From an uncultured bacterium (GTDB taxonomy: Bacteria > UBA8481), in assembly GCA_964499705.1 (NCBI GenBank), contig CAZCME010000009.1, positions 2,001 to 66,000 on the forward strand: a stretch of 64,000 nt of DNA. The letters run 5' to 3'. The position numbers and the translations under genes are program-made. The first letter of the stretch is position 1. Each line of letters begins with the position of its first letter. This document shows positions 47,277-57,232 of the stretch, piece after piece. The notes beneath the pieces were generated by a model that saw only the letters and a program-made list of their open reading frames with translations, was not told the DNA's origin and made no database searches.

Positions 47277-49127
47277 TCAGTAGGCCGCCAGGCGCGGGTC
47301 ATCGGAACGGTAGGCGTGAACGTAGACGCCGCCCTTCTGGCGGAGCTTCTCGATCCGGCGGCGGACTTCGGCGGGATCCTCCGTCCGGCCCGCGACGTAA
47401 TGCTCGAAGCCTGCCACGCTCACGGCATGGCGTATCTGATCGAACCAGATCTGGTTGCCGGGATCGCTTTCATCCATCAGGGTGACGACGGAACGCACGC
47501 CCGATGGGGCGAGGACGCCGAGCCATTCATCGGGGGTCGGGAGCGGACCCTTGTGCACGCCGCCGCGCGATGAAGTGATGGCGCCGCGCTCCAGGGAATC
47601 CGGCATCGGAGCGTCATGCTCGATCAATTCCATGAGGCGAACGAGTTTTTCGTCCACCTTGAAAGAATGGATATAGAGGGGACCCGGAATCGATCGGGCG
47701 GCGCGCATGACAGGAATGAGATCGATCCTGCTTTTCGCGGGAAGAACGAGGAGATTCATTCCCAACCGCTCGATCTCGCCCTGTTCCTCAGCGATCCACG
47801 GCTGCTCCGTTTCGTCCTCGGAGTTCAGCAGGCTGATGACATTCCGGACGCCCGACGCGGCGAACACATCCGACCATTCGTCCTTCGTGGGGAGCGGTCC
47901 GACAGCCCAACCCTCCTTGAAGATGCGCACGGGCCCTCGCTCCAGCATGGCAGGCAGGACGGGTGATGCATTGGAGGGAGACAGTTCGATCCGCGCCAGG
48001 AAATCAGAAAGCGGATCGTGTTCCGGCGGGATGCGCTTCGCATAGGCGCCGGCGGGATCAAGGATCTTCTCGAACGCTTTCAACCGCTCGTCCGCGTAGA
48101 AACTGTGTATGTAGACAAGACCCCGCCCCTGCTGCATCTCGGAGATGATCCGCGCGCCGTCCGCGGGGCCGTTCATGGGGAAGACCCGGACGGTGATGCC
48201 GGCGGAGGAAGCCCAGGAGTCCTCGTTGATGGCCCACGATGGAACCGTGTCGGCATCGTTCAGCACGAAGACGCGGCGGACGCCGGCCCGCACGATATTC
48301 TCGAACCACTCGTCGCGCGTCGGAGCCGGTCCCAGCACGATCGTGTCGCCGAAATAGACGACCGGACCGCGGCCGAGCCGCGCCGGAAGCATTTCCCCGC
48401 GCGCGGAACCGGCGTCGGCTTCCTCCATGATGACGAACTTCGCCAGATCGGCGCGATGCCTGCCGAGGTAGCAATGGACGTAATAGCGGCCCGAGGGTTC
48501 CCGCGCGATCGCGCGGATCTTTTCCAGAGCGTCATGGTTGCTGGAGACCCAGGGCAGCATGGGCGTTTCAATGAGCTTCAGGCCGGCCGCGCGCGCGTCT
48601 TCGCGTTCCTGTTCGAGGAGCACGGCTTCGAACGGAACGAGGGGAGAAAGGAGCGTGATGATTCCAGTGAAGCCCTCCCGCTTAAGATCCTCCGTCCGGA
48701 CCCGGTCGGGAAACGGACCGAAGACGAATCGGTCGGTGACGCTGACCTGCTGGCCCCGGAAACGCGAGACCAGGCTGGTGCTGGCCTTCAGGAACATGTT
48801 GAAGACGACGGCGCAGAGGATGACGAGCGCTCCATGAGCCAGCCAGAGGCGCGCTCCTTTCGCCCATCGATGAACGAGGTTCCATGCGAAAAGACCGGAG
48901 GCGATGACCCAGGACAATGCGATGGCGGAGAGCATGAGATTCATGGCGTTCTGGCCCCACCCATGCTCCCTGAGCGATTCCTCGAAAGGAATGGCGATCA
49001 TGAGGAGAACGACCGCTCCGCCGCAGAAGCCGGCGGTCAGCCAGGCGAAGAAAAAGTGCGGGAGAATTCCGGACATGAGGGCGCGCAGGCGGGAGACATC
49101 GGATTCCTCTTTCTTATTCGCGGTCAC
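47277..49127 (-). CDS. Membrane protein with four tandem tyrosine/dual-specificity phosphatase-like repeats (start uncertain)
   Basis: Three TMs; repeated GPxP...G(V/F)..(V/I)(I/V)xL...YxH units; first repeat has HCYLGRHR (CX5R). Confidence 0.7.
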   Translation of the reverse strand: MTANKKEESDVSRLRALMSGILPHFFFAWLTAGFCGGAVVLLMIAIPFEESLREHGWGQNAMNLMLSAIALSWVIASGLFAWNLVHRWAKGARLWLAHGALVILCAVVFNMFLKASTSLVSRFRGQQVSVTDRFVFGPFPDRVRTEDLKREGFTGIITLLSPLVPFEAVLLEQEREDARAAGLKLIETPMLPWVSSNHDALEKIRAIAREPSGRYYVHCYLGRHRADLAKFVIMEEADAGSARGEMLPARLGRGPVVYFGDTIVLGPAPTRDEWFENIVRAGVRRVFVLNDADTVPSWAINEDSWASSAGITVRVFPMNGPADGARIISEMQQGRGLVYIHSFYADERLKAFEKILDPAGAYAKRIPPEHDPLSDFLARIELSPSNASPVLPAMLERGPVRIFKEGWAVGPLPTKDEWSDVFAASGVRNVISLLNSEDETEQPWIAEEQGEIERLGMNLLVLPAKSRIDLIPVMRAARSIPGPLYIHSFKVDEKLVRLMELIEHDAPMPDSLERGAITSSRGGVHKGPLPTPDEWLGVLAPSGVRSVVTLMDESDPGNQIWFDQIRHAVSVAGFEHYVAGRTEDPAEVRRRIEKLRQKGGVYVHAYRSDDPRLAAY

Positions 49128-49274
49128 GGAGTTGGGGTATTCTAGCCTGAAAACTTGGTGGGCTGTGACAAGATTCGTTGGCATGAGGGAGTGTTGAAAA
49201 TCCTGAATCCGAAATCCAAACGAAAATCCGAATAAATGATCACGCAATATTGCGGATTGGTGGTTGTGGCGACT

Positions 49275-49446
49275 CGGAAGTTTCTCATCAAAAAATTTAA
49301 CAGGATGAACAGGATAGGCAGGATCGATTCAGTGAGGAATTGAATTTAATGCAGTCCTGTTATCGGGGAGAGGTTTTCATGCTTCTTAAATCCTGCCCAT
49401 CCTGCCGATCCTGTTAAATTTCCCACCGCCGGATGGGGAACTTCTG
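49275..49446 (+). repeat. Nested-palindrome MITE-like element, copy C (intact, intron-free)
   Basis: CGGAAGTTTCTCATC..AACAGGATGAACAGGATAGGCAGGATCGATTCAG..ATCCTGCCCATCCTGCCGATCCTGTTAAATT..GGATGGGGAACTTCTG. Confidence 0.88.
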
Positions 49447-49502
49447 GCGCATGACTGCGATCCATTGATGTCTGTAGGAAAATCCGTTAGGGTCGTTTTG
49501 GT

Positions 49503-50825
49503 ATGGTGAAGCGGTTTCACTTTGTCTTTCTTCTCGGCCTGCTGAGCGCGGGGTGTGTTCCGCCTGTTCGCGAATCACAGCCGGTTCGCATCGGGCCGAC
49601 AGCATCCGAAGTCGGGGCGGATCTCGCCGGTTGGTCGTTCGTCATCGATCCCGGGCATGGAGGACCGGAACGAGGCGCGCCCTCCGCGATCGAACGGAAC
49701 GCGGGCGAGGCGGATCTGAACCTCGCGGTCTCGCTTCTGCTGGGAGGCATGCTGGAGGAACGCGGGGCCGATGTTCATTACACGCGCAAGGCGGACGTCG
49801 CAGTCGGCGATACATTCACCAGCCTGCGGGAGGAACTTGCGGCGCGCGTGGAGATCGCGAACCGGATCAAGCCGGATCTCTTCCTGTCCGTCCACCACAA
49901 TTCATCCCACCGGAACGATTACAACCATATCGAGATGTACTTCAAGCTCTTTACCTCAGGGCCGTCCCGCGAAGCCGCGCGGGAAATCCTGGAGGAATTC
50001 GGCCGGTTGTATCCGGACTTCGATTCGTCGCTCCTGGCGGGAAACTTCGCCGTCCTGAGAGGCCTCCATGGGGAAGGGATTCTCGCGGAGTGCAGCTACA
50101 TATCGGATTCCCGCCTGGCCCCGTCGATCGAGACGCTGACTCTTCTGAAGAAGGAAGCCGCCGCGATCTTCACGGGCGTGGCGCGGTATGCGGCGTCGAG
50201 CCTGCCGTCGATCGAATGGTCACGGGAGACCGGGCTTGTGTCCTTCTCGGTCCGGCATCATACGCCCCTGACGTACGTGGCCTGGGGCGAGGGAGAAGGT
50301 ATCATCGATACCGCGGTGCTCAGTCGCGGCAGCAATGGAGCACCTTCATTTCAGTTCAAGGCGGACGATTCGGCCGTGTACTGGATCGAGGCGGTCAATG
50401 CGGAAAATCGACGCGCGGTCGTGCGCGTGATTCCGCGGTCGCGACGTTCGCCTCTGGCGGTGATGATCGTTCCTTACAACCTGGACCGGCCGGATTATTC
50501 CATTTCGGCATCGAAGATCGTTCTTGCGGAAAGAAAGACGCCGGTGGAGTCGCTGATCGAGATCGAGGAGCTCGGCCCGGGATGCGTGATCATCCTGGAA
50601 CGCGGCGATCGCAGGACGATCACGCACTATTTCCGGAGCTCGACGGGGAAAAAGTGGGCGGAGAGCCTGGCCTCGCGCGTGAAGGCGACGAGCGTTATCG
50701 CGGGTTCGCATTACCTGCTGAACCATACATCCATGCCCGCGCTGGTTGTTCGGGCGCCCGAAATCACCGGTGCGCTGATCGCGGAAATCGAGGCGTGGAG
50801 CCGGGAACAATTCAGCCTGGAGTGA
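49503..50825 (+). CDS. N-acetylmuramoyl-L-alanine amidase (Amidase_3) lipoprotein
   Basis: Lipobox SAGC; IDPGHGG, EADLNL, LSVHHNS, LAEC. Confidence 0.88.
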   Translation: MVKRFHFVFLLGLLSAGCVPPVRESQPVRIGPTASEVGADLAGWSFVIDPGHGGPERGAPSAIERNAGEADLNLAVSLLLGGMLEERGADVHYTRKADVAVGDTFTSLREELAARVEIANRIKPDLFLSVHHNSSHRNDYNHIEMYFKLFTSGPSREAAREILEEFGRLYPDFDSSLLAGNFAVLRGLHGEGILAECSYISDSRLAPSIETLTLLKKEAAAIFTGVARYAASSLPSIEWSRETGLVSFSVRHHTPLTYVAWGEGEGIIDTAVLSRGSNGAPSFQFKADDSAVYWIEAVNAENRRAVVRVIPRSRRSPLAVMIVPYNLDRPDYSISASKIVLAERKTPVESLIEIEELGPGCVIILERGDRRTITHYFRSSTGKKWAESLASRVKATSVIAGSHYLLNHTSMPALVVRAPEITGALIAEIEAWSREQFSLE

Positions 50826-50908
50826 TATCCGCTCTGTAGCAAGTCGCCTGCGACGCCGAAGAGAGAAAAGTCCGGCTTTCCCGGAAATTCGCGGAGGTTT
50901 ATTCGACT

Positions 50909-52396
50909 ATGCTCAGATCACGCTTCAATACCTTTATCCTGATCCTTCTCCTTTTGGCCGCCGTCGCCTATGCCGCGCCGGCGCATACCGTGCAACCCGG
51001 TGAGACCCTGATGGCGATCGCGCGAGCGGAGCTCGGTTCCGGCGCGCGCTGGAAGGAGATCTACGAGTTGAACCGCGACAAGCTCGCGAGCCCTGACCAG
51101 GTCAAGGCGGGGATGGTGCTGGTGATGCCGGCGAAGGGAGCGGTGTCGGCTACGCCGACGGCCACTGCGACGACGACGACGACGACGGCGACGGCCACGG
51201 CAACGGCGGCCGCCGGGAGCGAATGGACTCATGTTGTCCAACCAGGAGAGACGCTCCGGAGTATCGCCCGGGAACGGTGCGGTGGAGTTGAGAAGTGGAA
51301 GGAAATCTTCGAGATGAACACGGATAAGCTGGCGAGTCCCGACCAGGTCAAGGCGGGAATGGCGCTGAAACTTCCGGTTCGATCGTCGGCGCCCGCCGCG
51401 AACTCGATCCCGCCCGTCTCGGTTCAGGCCTCGGCAGAAGCGGCAGTGGCACCGGCGGATAAAGTCGAAGCGGTGGCCGTCACGATGGAACCGGAAAAAG
51501 TTATCGAAGAGGAACCCATTGTTGCGGAAGCTGCGCCGCTGACAGGCGCGGCGGATGAAGCCGCGGAGATGACCACGGCAATGGAACCCGTTAAGACGGT
51601 GGAAGCGCCCGCTTCTCCGGATAAGGAAGCGGCAATTATTGAAGAAGCACCCGCCGAGGTCCAGGCCGCCGCATCGGAACCCGTGGTCACGAGGATGGCG
51701 GAAACTCCTGAAGCCGTCGTTGCGCCCGCGCCCGACCGCCCGGTCGCCGCACGTGTTGAGGAGCAGGACGAGGAAGAAGAGATGCCGGTGGCGGCACTTC
51801 CAGCCGAACCGGCGCCTGTTTCGTCGCGACGACCGTTGACCGCTTCGGACGCGCTCGACGAAGCGCGACGAGAGTTGGAACGTGTCCGAGCCGTGGCGGG
51901 AGTGCCAGCATCGGCTCCGGCTGCTTCTCCAACCGTTTCATCTTCCCCATCCACAGCGGAAAAGACGACGGTTGCCGAACGGAGACCCGCGCCTTCAGAG
52001 CCGGTGGCCGCTTCCAAGCCGGTCGCGGCGGTGACTCCCGTGCCTTCGGTGACTGCGGTCGAGCCTGACGCGCGTCCCAAGGCGAAGTGCTACACGCAGA
52101 AATTTCCGATGCGGTCCGGTGATCGCGCGAATGCGCGCTACGGCGACGAGCTATCGGCGAAGCTTATTGCGCACTGGAATCGCACAGGCCGGATCTACTC
52201 CAATCCCGCGGACGCGGACTTCACCGTGCTCGGACAGTATTGGGCTCGCGAACGGGAACTGATCGTGCGCGTTGATATTCAGAAGGGGATGCGGATCGTA
52301 AAGTCCCTGCAGTGGCGCGTCATGAAGAACGAGCTGGAGATGGGGGAGACCTTCTACGAGCGGATGGGATCCGAGATCGACGCCGCGATGAACTGA
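50909..52396 (+). CDS. Secreted protein with two LysM domains and a long Ala/Pro/Glu-rich linker
   Basis: HxVQPGETL..IAR..W.EI.E.N.DKLASPDQVKAGM twice. Confidence 0.88.
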   Translation: MLRSRFNTFILILLLLAAVAYAAPAHTVQPGETLMAIARAELGSGARWKEIYELNRDKLASPDQVKAGMVLVMPAKGAVSATPTATATTTTTTATATATAAAGSEWTHVVQPGETLRSIARERCGGVEKWKEIFEMNTDKLASPDQVKAGMALKLPVRSSAPAANSIPPVSVQASAEAAVAPADKVEAVAVTMEPEKVIEEEPIVAEAAPLTGAADEAAEMTTAMEPVKTVEAPASPDKEAAIIEEAPAEVQAAASEPVVTRMAETPEAVVAPAPDRPVAARVEEQDEEEEMPVAALPAEPAPVSSRRPLTASDALDEARRELERVRAVAGVPASAPAASPTVSSSPSTAEKTTVAERRPAPSEPVAASKPVAAVTPVPSVTAVEPDARPKAKCYTQKFPMRSGDRANARYGDELSAKLIAHWNRTGRIYSNPADADFTVLGQYWARERELIVRVDIQKGMRIVKSLQWRVMKNELEMGETFYERMGSEIDAAMN

Positions 52397-52436
52397 AGGG
52401 TGTAGACCCTGCGTCGCCCTACTGCGTTTTCCCCGG

Positions 52437-53057
52437 TCAGTCGGAAGCTAGCTTGATGCGGTAACCCGTGGAGCCCTTCTTGCCGGAGATGCGCAGCCGA
52501 TATATCGCCGGGACAAGCCCGGGCCACGTGAGCGTGGACAAGAGCTTGCGGGCCGGAGCGACGTCCTCGCCGGACGAAGACTTCAGGATGGCGACCGCGT
52601 CGGTCTGTCTTTGCGTTGAAACTTTCAGCAGAAATTTCCCGTCGATCGGCTCCGCGATGATCCCGATGGGATAGGCGACTCCATCCGATGCGATCCTGGC
52701 GCAAGGCCCCTTCGCGATTTGCGCCGGAAGACCTTGTACCTGGAGCTGGCCCTGGCTGAAGGCGACGATGAGCTCGATTTCCGCTTCTTCCTCCGCTGCG
52801 ACCCCGGAGCCTTCCGATTTTTCGACGAGCTCTCGCGCGAGATCCCGCAAGGCCTCCGGAGGTTCCAGGGATTTCTCCGCGATCATGAGATTCCGGATCC
52901 CTTCCGCCGCGACCTTGCGGCAGGTCGGACAGGACTTGAGATGGTCCTGGAGATTCCTGTCGAGCGAGCCCTTCATCCCGGCCATGAAGGAGCGGAAATC
53001 CGCGCAGCGGTCCGTCATGGCAAGCGATTCAGGATCATGGAAGCGGATCTTCGACAT
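52437..53057 (-). CDS. Hypothetical protein with zf-HC2 (anti-sigma-like) motif
   Basis: HLKSCPTC (HxxxCxxC); TATACT-N6-ATG(53057). Confidence 0.6.
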   Translation of the reverse strand: MSKIRFHDPESLAMTDRCADFRSFMAGMKGSLDRNLQDHLKSCPTCRKVAAEGIRNLMIAEKSLEPPEALRDLARELVEKSEGSGVAAEEEAEIELIVAFSQGQLQVQGLPAQIAKGPCARIASDGVAYPIGIIAEPIDGKFLLKVSTQRQTDAVAILKSSSGEDVAPARKLLSTLTWPGLVPAIYRLRISGKKGSTGYRIKLASD

Positions 53058-53220
53058 GAGAAAAGTATAACCTTGAAAAAGTTTGTAAGGAATCGGCGTG
53101 AATGGCCGATAAGGAGGATAGGCGCAAAATCCTCCACGCGGAATCCGGGCGGATTCCGGCGCCCTTCCAATATCGCGACCAAGACGAGCTCTCTGGATAG
53201 CGCTCGTTCCTACGGATCGA

Positions 53221-53249
53221 AAGGGGCGGCTTCGGCTGCCCCTTTTTTT
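53221..53249 (+). terminator. Rho-independent terminator
   Basis: AAGGGGCGGC-TTCG-GCTGCCCC-TTTTTTT. Confidence 0.8.
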
Positions 53250-53363
53250 CGATCGGCCCGCCTTGGCGAAACCGATGAAGGCCGCGGAGTATGATCTTGA
53301 CGCCGCCGACGATTGCCTGTTGACTCGTTTCGTGTTCCGCGATTTCGAGAAAACCCCGGCGTC

Positions 53364-54773
53364 ATGAAGCATTCCCGATCAAGGCGCATCTTCTGCAACC
53401 GGACCTTGAACCTCCGTTCCATCGAAGCGATCGGTTACGACATGGACTACACCCTCGTGCATTACAACGTCGAAGCCTTCGAACGGCATGCCTACGAGCA
53501 CATCAAGAAGCGGCTGCTCCAGTATGGCTGGCCGGTCGCGCACCTGAAGTTCGATCCGCGCGCGATGATCCGGGGCCTCTTCATCGATTCGCGGCTCGGC
53601 AATATCGTGAAGGCGAACCGGTTCGGTTTCGTCAAGGTGGCGGACCACGGCACGAGGCGCATGGACTATGAGGAACAGCGCCGCGTTTACCAGCGAACGA
53701 TCATCGACCTGGCGGACAAGCGGTTTTCGCTCCTCAACACCTTCTTCACCCTCTCGGAGGGCTGCCTCTACGCCCAGCTTGTCGATCTCTTCGACCGTGG
53801 AAAACTTCCGGGAGCGGGATCCTACGCGGACATCCACGAGCGCGTCCGGTCGCACACCGACGCGGCGTATCTGGAAGGGGAGTTGAAACCCGCGATCCTG
53901 GCGGATCCGGAGGAATTCATCGTAAGCGATCCGGAGGCACCGCTCGCGCTGCTGGACCAGATCCACAGCGGCAAGAAGCTGATGCTCATCACGAACTCCG
54001 ACTGGAACTACACGGACTTCATCCTGACCTATGCTTTCGAGCCGCACCTTCCGGACGGCATGAAATGGCGCGAGCTCTTCTCGCCGATCATCGTCTCCTC
54101 GGACAAGCCATCCTTCTTTTCCGGTTCAAACAAGTTATATGAAATCGTCGACGAGAAGGCGAGCCTTCTGAAACCGGCGATCCGCGGACTGCGGCAGGGC
54201 GGGATTTTCCAGGGCGGGAATTCGAAGCACGTGGAGACATTCCTCGGGTTGTCCGGCGACCAGATCCTGTACGTCGGCGACCACATCGTGGGCGATGTCC
54301 AGATCACCAAGGATATCCTCCGCTGGCGCACGGCGCTCATCGTGCGCGAGCTCGAGGAGGAACTCTCGGCGCTGGACGCCTTCGCGACGAAGCGCCGCCG
54401 ATTGTCCGGACTGATCGAGGCGAAAGAGGCCGCGGAGAGCGAGCTCTCACGGCTGCGCCTGCAACTTCAGCGCAGGAAAGACGGATACGGGCCTCGCGCC
54501 GGCGATCTGCGCGACGCCGGTTCGCGGATGTCGCGCCTTCGCGCGCGCGCCGGATCCCTGGACAGGGCGATCGAGCCTCTGACGAGGGAGATGAACGCGC
54601 TGCACAACCGGCGCTGGGGACTGCTGATGAGGGCGGGAAACGACAAAAGCTACCTGGCGCGGATGGTGGAGCAGTATGCCGACATCTACATGTCGCGGGT
54701 CTCGAACATGGCCCACCAGACCCCGTTCGTGTACCTCCGTTCCACATTCGTGACGATGCCCCACGATGAGTGA
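53364..54773 (+). CDS. HAD-IG (cN-II-like) 5'-nucleotidase
   Basis: IFCNRTLNL, GYDMDYTL, LITNS, KPSFF, YVGDHIVGD. Confidence 0.92.
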   Translation: MKHSRSRRIFCNRTLNLRSIEAIGYDMDYTLVHYNVEAFERHAYEHIKKRLLQYGWPVAHLKFDPRAMIRGLFIDSRLGNIVKANRFGFVKVADHGTRRMDYEEQRRVYQRTIIDLADKRFSLLNTFFTLSEGCLYAQLVDLFDRGKLPGAGSYADIHERVRSHTDAAYLEGELKPAILADPEEFIVSDPEAPLALLDQIHSGKKLMLITNSDWNYTDFILTYAFEPHLPDGMKWRELFSPIIVSSDKPSFFSGSNKLYEIVDEKASLLKPAIRGLRQGGIFQGGNSKHVETFLGLSGDQILYVGDHIVGDVQITKDILRWRTALIVRELEEELSALDAFATKRRRLSGLIEAKEAAESELSRLRLQLQRRKDGYGPRAGDLRDAGSRMSRLRARAGSLDRAIEPLTREMNALHNRRWGLLMRAGNDKSYLARMVEQYADIYMSRVSNMAHQTPFVYLRSTFVTMPHDE

Positions 54774-54836
54774 GGGAAAAGGATGAAGATTGAGTTGCGA
54801 GCGCGTATCATGCGGCGGGGGGTGAAGGAGTCTGTG

Positions 54837-55217
54837 ATGAAAAAAATACTGATGATCGGCAGCCTGATGCTCCTGGCTTCATGCACGCCCGGAGTGACCG
54901 TTTCGCGCGTGGGAAATTACGCGCCGCCGCGGAATGCTCCGCCGACCAACGTGGACGTCTATCACTCCAAGGCGGAAGTGACGCGCCCCTACAAGGAGAT
55001 CGCCGTCCTGACGGCGGACGACGCGGGCTGGGATTATCATTACGACGTGATGGAAGACATGATCGTGAAGCGCGCGAAGCAGCTGGGCGCGCAGGGCGTC
55101 ATCTTCGGCCGCCAGCAGGAAGAGGGAGCCGAAGGCGGATATACGATCAGGGGCGCGATCGTGGTGCCGAAAGTCGGACAGAACCTGATGCAGGGGACGG
55201 CGATCGTCTATCAGTAG
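54837..55217 (+). CDS. Small lipoprotein
   Basis: AAGGAG SD, lipobox LASC, RPYKEIA..AKQLGAQGVI..GTAIVY. Confidence 0.75.
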   Translation: MKKILMIGSLMLLASCTPGVTVSRVGNYAPPRNAPPTNVDVYHSKAEVTRPYKEIAVLTADDAGWDYHYDVMEDMIVKRAKQLGAQGVIFGRQQEEGAEGGYTIRGAIVVPKVGQNLMQGTAIVYQ

Positions 55218-55262
55218 GTCTCATCGAAAGCCGGGACGCGGAAAAAAAATGAGTATGGGGAA

Positions 55263-56210
55263 TCAGGGAATATATTCGATGCCCCGTCGCCTGGATTCCA
55301 CGAGGACTCCTTCGGGAACGAGCTCGAACACGGACTTGCCCGCGGCGCGGGCCGTGGCGATGACGCCCAGGTAGTCCTGGTCGGAGGAAGGCTGCAGACC
55401 GGTGATATCGGCCAGGGATGACAACAGCTCCTGCCCTTCGCCCGACTCGGCGAGCTTCATGAAGGCCTTCGTGAGCTGATCTCTCTTCTCCGGCAACAGG
55501 TCGGCACGGTAGAAGATCGGCTCGTTGGGGATGATGTCCGTCTGGGCAATGATTCGAAACCCGGTGTCGCCCGCGACAGCTGCGGAATAAGTCGCGGCGG
55601 CGTCCACGCGACCGGATCGGAGCGCATCGAGCGCCATCTGATGACCTCCCGCAAACTCGGGAACGACCTTGATGTGTGCGTCCGCGACGATCTTGGCGGG
55701 AAAGATGAAACCGCTCGTGGAATAGGGGTCCACATAGGCGATTTTCTTTCCCGCGAGATCGGTGACAGCCAGGATGGGGTCCGCGTTCCTGACGACGAGC
55801 ACACCCGCGTAACCGGTCGGACCGTTCCTGCGGAGAACCTGCAAACCGGCCTGGACGCCATATTCGTGACGCGCCAGCAGATACTGGAAGATCGGCAGCA
55901 ACCCGATATCCGCCCGCGTGCCGAAAGCCTCGATGGCCTCCAGCGGAGTCGCCGCAACCTCGACCTTGACCTCAAATCCGCTTTCCTTCTTCAGAAGCTC
56001 TTCGAGCTTCGCCCTTCGATCGGCGGTCAGACGCATTCCATGATCGGCGGACATCAGAAAGACAAGCGGTTTTGCCGGATCGACGCCGGCGTTCTCGTTC
56101 CTGCGCGATGCGAGGATGCTGGACACGATCGCGGCTACGCACAACAGAACCACAAGCCCGGCGGTAATCCATGGCCAGGGTGTACGGATCGATCGAGTCG
56201 GGTCGGTCAT
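55263..56210 (-). CDS. PhnD-like phosphate/phosphonate-binding protein
   Basis: DLAGKKIAYVDPYSTSGFIFP, GGH, VDAAA, IPNEP. Confidence 0.85.
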   Translation of the reverse strand: MTDPTRSIRTPWPWITAGLVVLLCVAAIVSSILASRRNENAGVDPAKPLVFLMSADHGMRLTADRRAKLEELLKKESGFEVKVEVAATPLEAIEAFGTRADIGLLPIFQYLLARHEYGVQAGLQVLRRNGPTGYAGVLVVRNADPILAVTDLAGKKIAYVDPYSTSGFIFPAKIVADAHIKVVPEFAGGHQMALDALRSGRVDAAATYSAAVAGDTGFRIIAQTDIIPNEPIFYRADLLPEKRDQLTKAFMKLAESGEGQELLSSLADITGLQPSSDQDYLGVIATARAAGKSVFELVPEGVLVESRRRGIEYIP

Positions 56211-56278
56211 TTGCGGTTCCAGATCAAGAATATCATAAGTAATTCACACTTGAAGTGTTCCTGTTCACAATGATCGTG

Positions 56279-57232
56279 TCAACCGGCATCGGCCATGACC
56301 GCGATCGTGGCCGATGCGGACTCGGCGAGCCCGACTAGGTCGTAACCGCCTTCAAGGAATGCGACGAGGCGGCCGCCGCAGAGATCATTCGCGGCCTCCA
56401 CGGCGCGGATCGATGCCTTGCGGAATCCCGCGGACGTGACTTCGAGTTGGGCGAGCGGATCCCGGACATGCGCATCGTATCCGGCCGAAACGAGGATCAG
56501 ATCTGGATGAAACGCGGCGGCGGCTTCCAGCGAGCGGCCGACCGCCTGGAGAAATTCCTCGTCCCCGGAGCCGGGATGCAGCGGCAGATTGAGGGTTTTA
56601 CCTTCCCCGGCGCCGGTTCCACGGTCGCTGGTTTTTCCCGATCCGGGATAAAGCGGCGACTGATGGAGCGATGCGAAGAATACAGTTTCATCCCTGTAGA
56701 ATATGTCCTGAGTTCCATTCCCGTGATGAACATCCCAATCGAGGATGAAAATACGCCGCAGACCGAGCGATTGGGCGCGTCTCGCCGCGATCGCGATGTT
56801 GTTGATGAGGCAGAATCCCATGCTGGTATCGCTCGTTGCGTGATGCCCCGGCGGCCGCGCCGCGACGAATGCCCTATCGATTTCGCCCCGCGCGATCGCC
56901 TCCACAGCGGCGCATCCCGCTCCCGCGGCGCGCATTGCCGCCGTCCAGGAGTACGCGTTCATGCTGGTGTCGGCATCCAGTTGCCCGCCGCCTTCGGAGT
57001 GAAGCTCCTCGAGCCATTCGACGAGCGAAGGGGCGTGAACGGCCAGGATTTCCTCCCGCGTGGCATCGCGGATCGGGAGGCTTGCAAGCGTCCTCGTGAG
57101 ATTCTGCTCCTCGATGGCCTTCCCGAGCGCGCGCAGCCGCTCCGACCGTTCCGGATGACCGTAACCGTTATCGTGCAGGAGAAAGACCGGATCCGTGATG
57201 CAGGCGCATCGGGCGCGGGACTGATTCATCAC
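56279..57232 (-). CDS. Histone deacetylase-family amidohydrolase
   Basis: HPERSER, RPPGHHA, DWDVHHGNGTQ, SAGYDAH, LEGGY. Confidence 0.95.
   Translation of the reverse strand: MMNQSRARCACITDPVFLLHDNGYGHPERSERLRALGKAIEEQNLTRTLASLPIRDATREEILAVHAPSLVEWLEELHSEGGGQLDADTSMNAYSWTAAMRAAGAGCAAVEAIARGEIDRAFVAARPPGHHATSDTSMGFCLINNIAIAARRAQSLGLRRIFILDWDVHHGNGTQDIFYRDETVFFASLHQSPLYPGSGKTSDRGTGAGEGKTLNLPLHPGSGDEEFLQAVGRSLEAAAAFHPDLILVSAGYDAHVRDPLAQLEVTSAGFRKASIRAVEAANDLCGGRLVAFLEGGYDLVGLAESASATIAVMADAG

Noticed and set aside
51150-51212. ACG/GCG trinucleotide run
   Set aside because: Encodes a Thr/Ala linker between LysM domains; in-frame, no sign of phase variation.
52397-52422. GTAG-type REP-like remnant (GCGTCGCCCTAC)
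   Set aside because: Single degenerate copy with weak pairing.
53113-53140. c-di-GMP-I riboswitch (GCGCAAAATCCTCC resemblance)
   Set aside because: No GGCAAAC...GAAA P2 arrangement; kept only as an unknown structured RNA.
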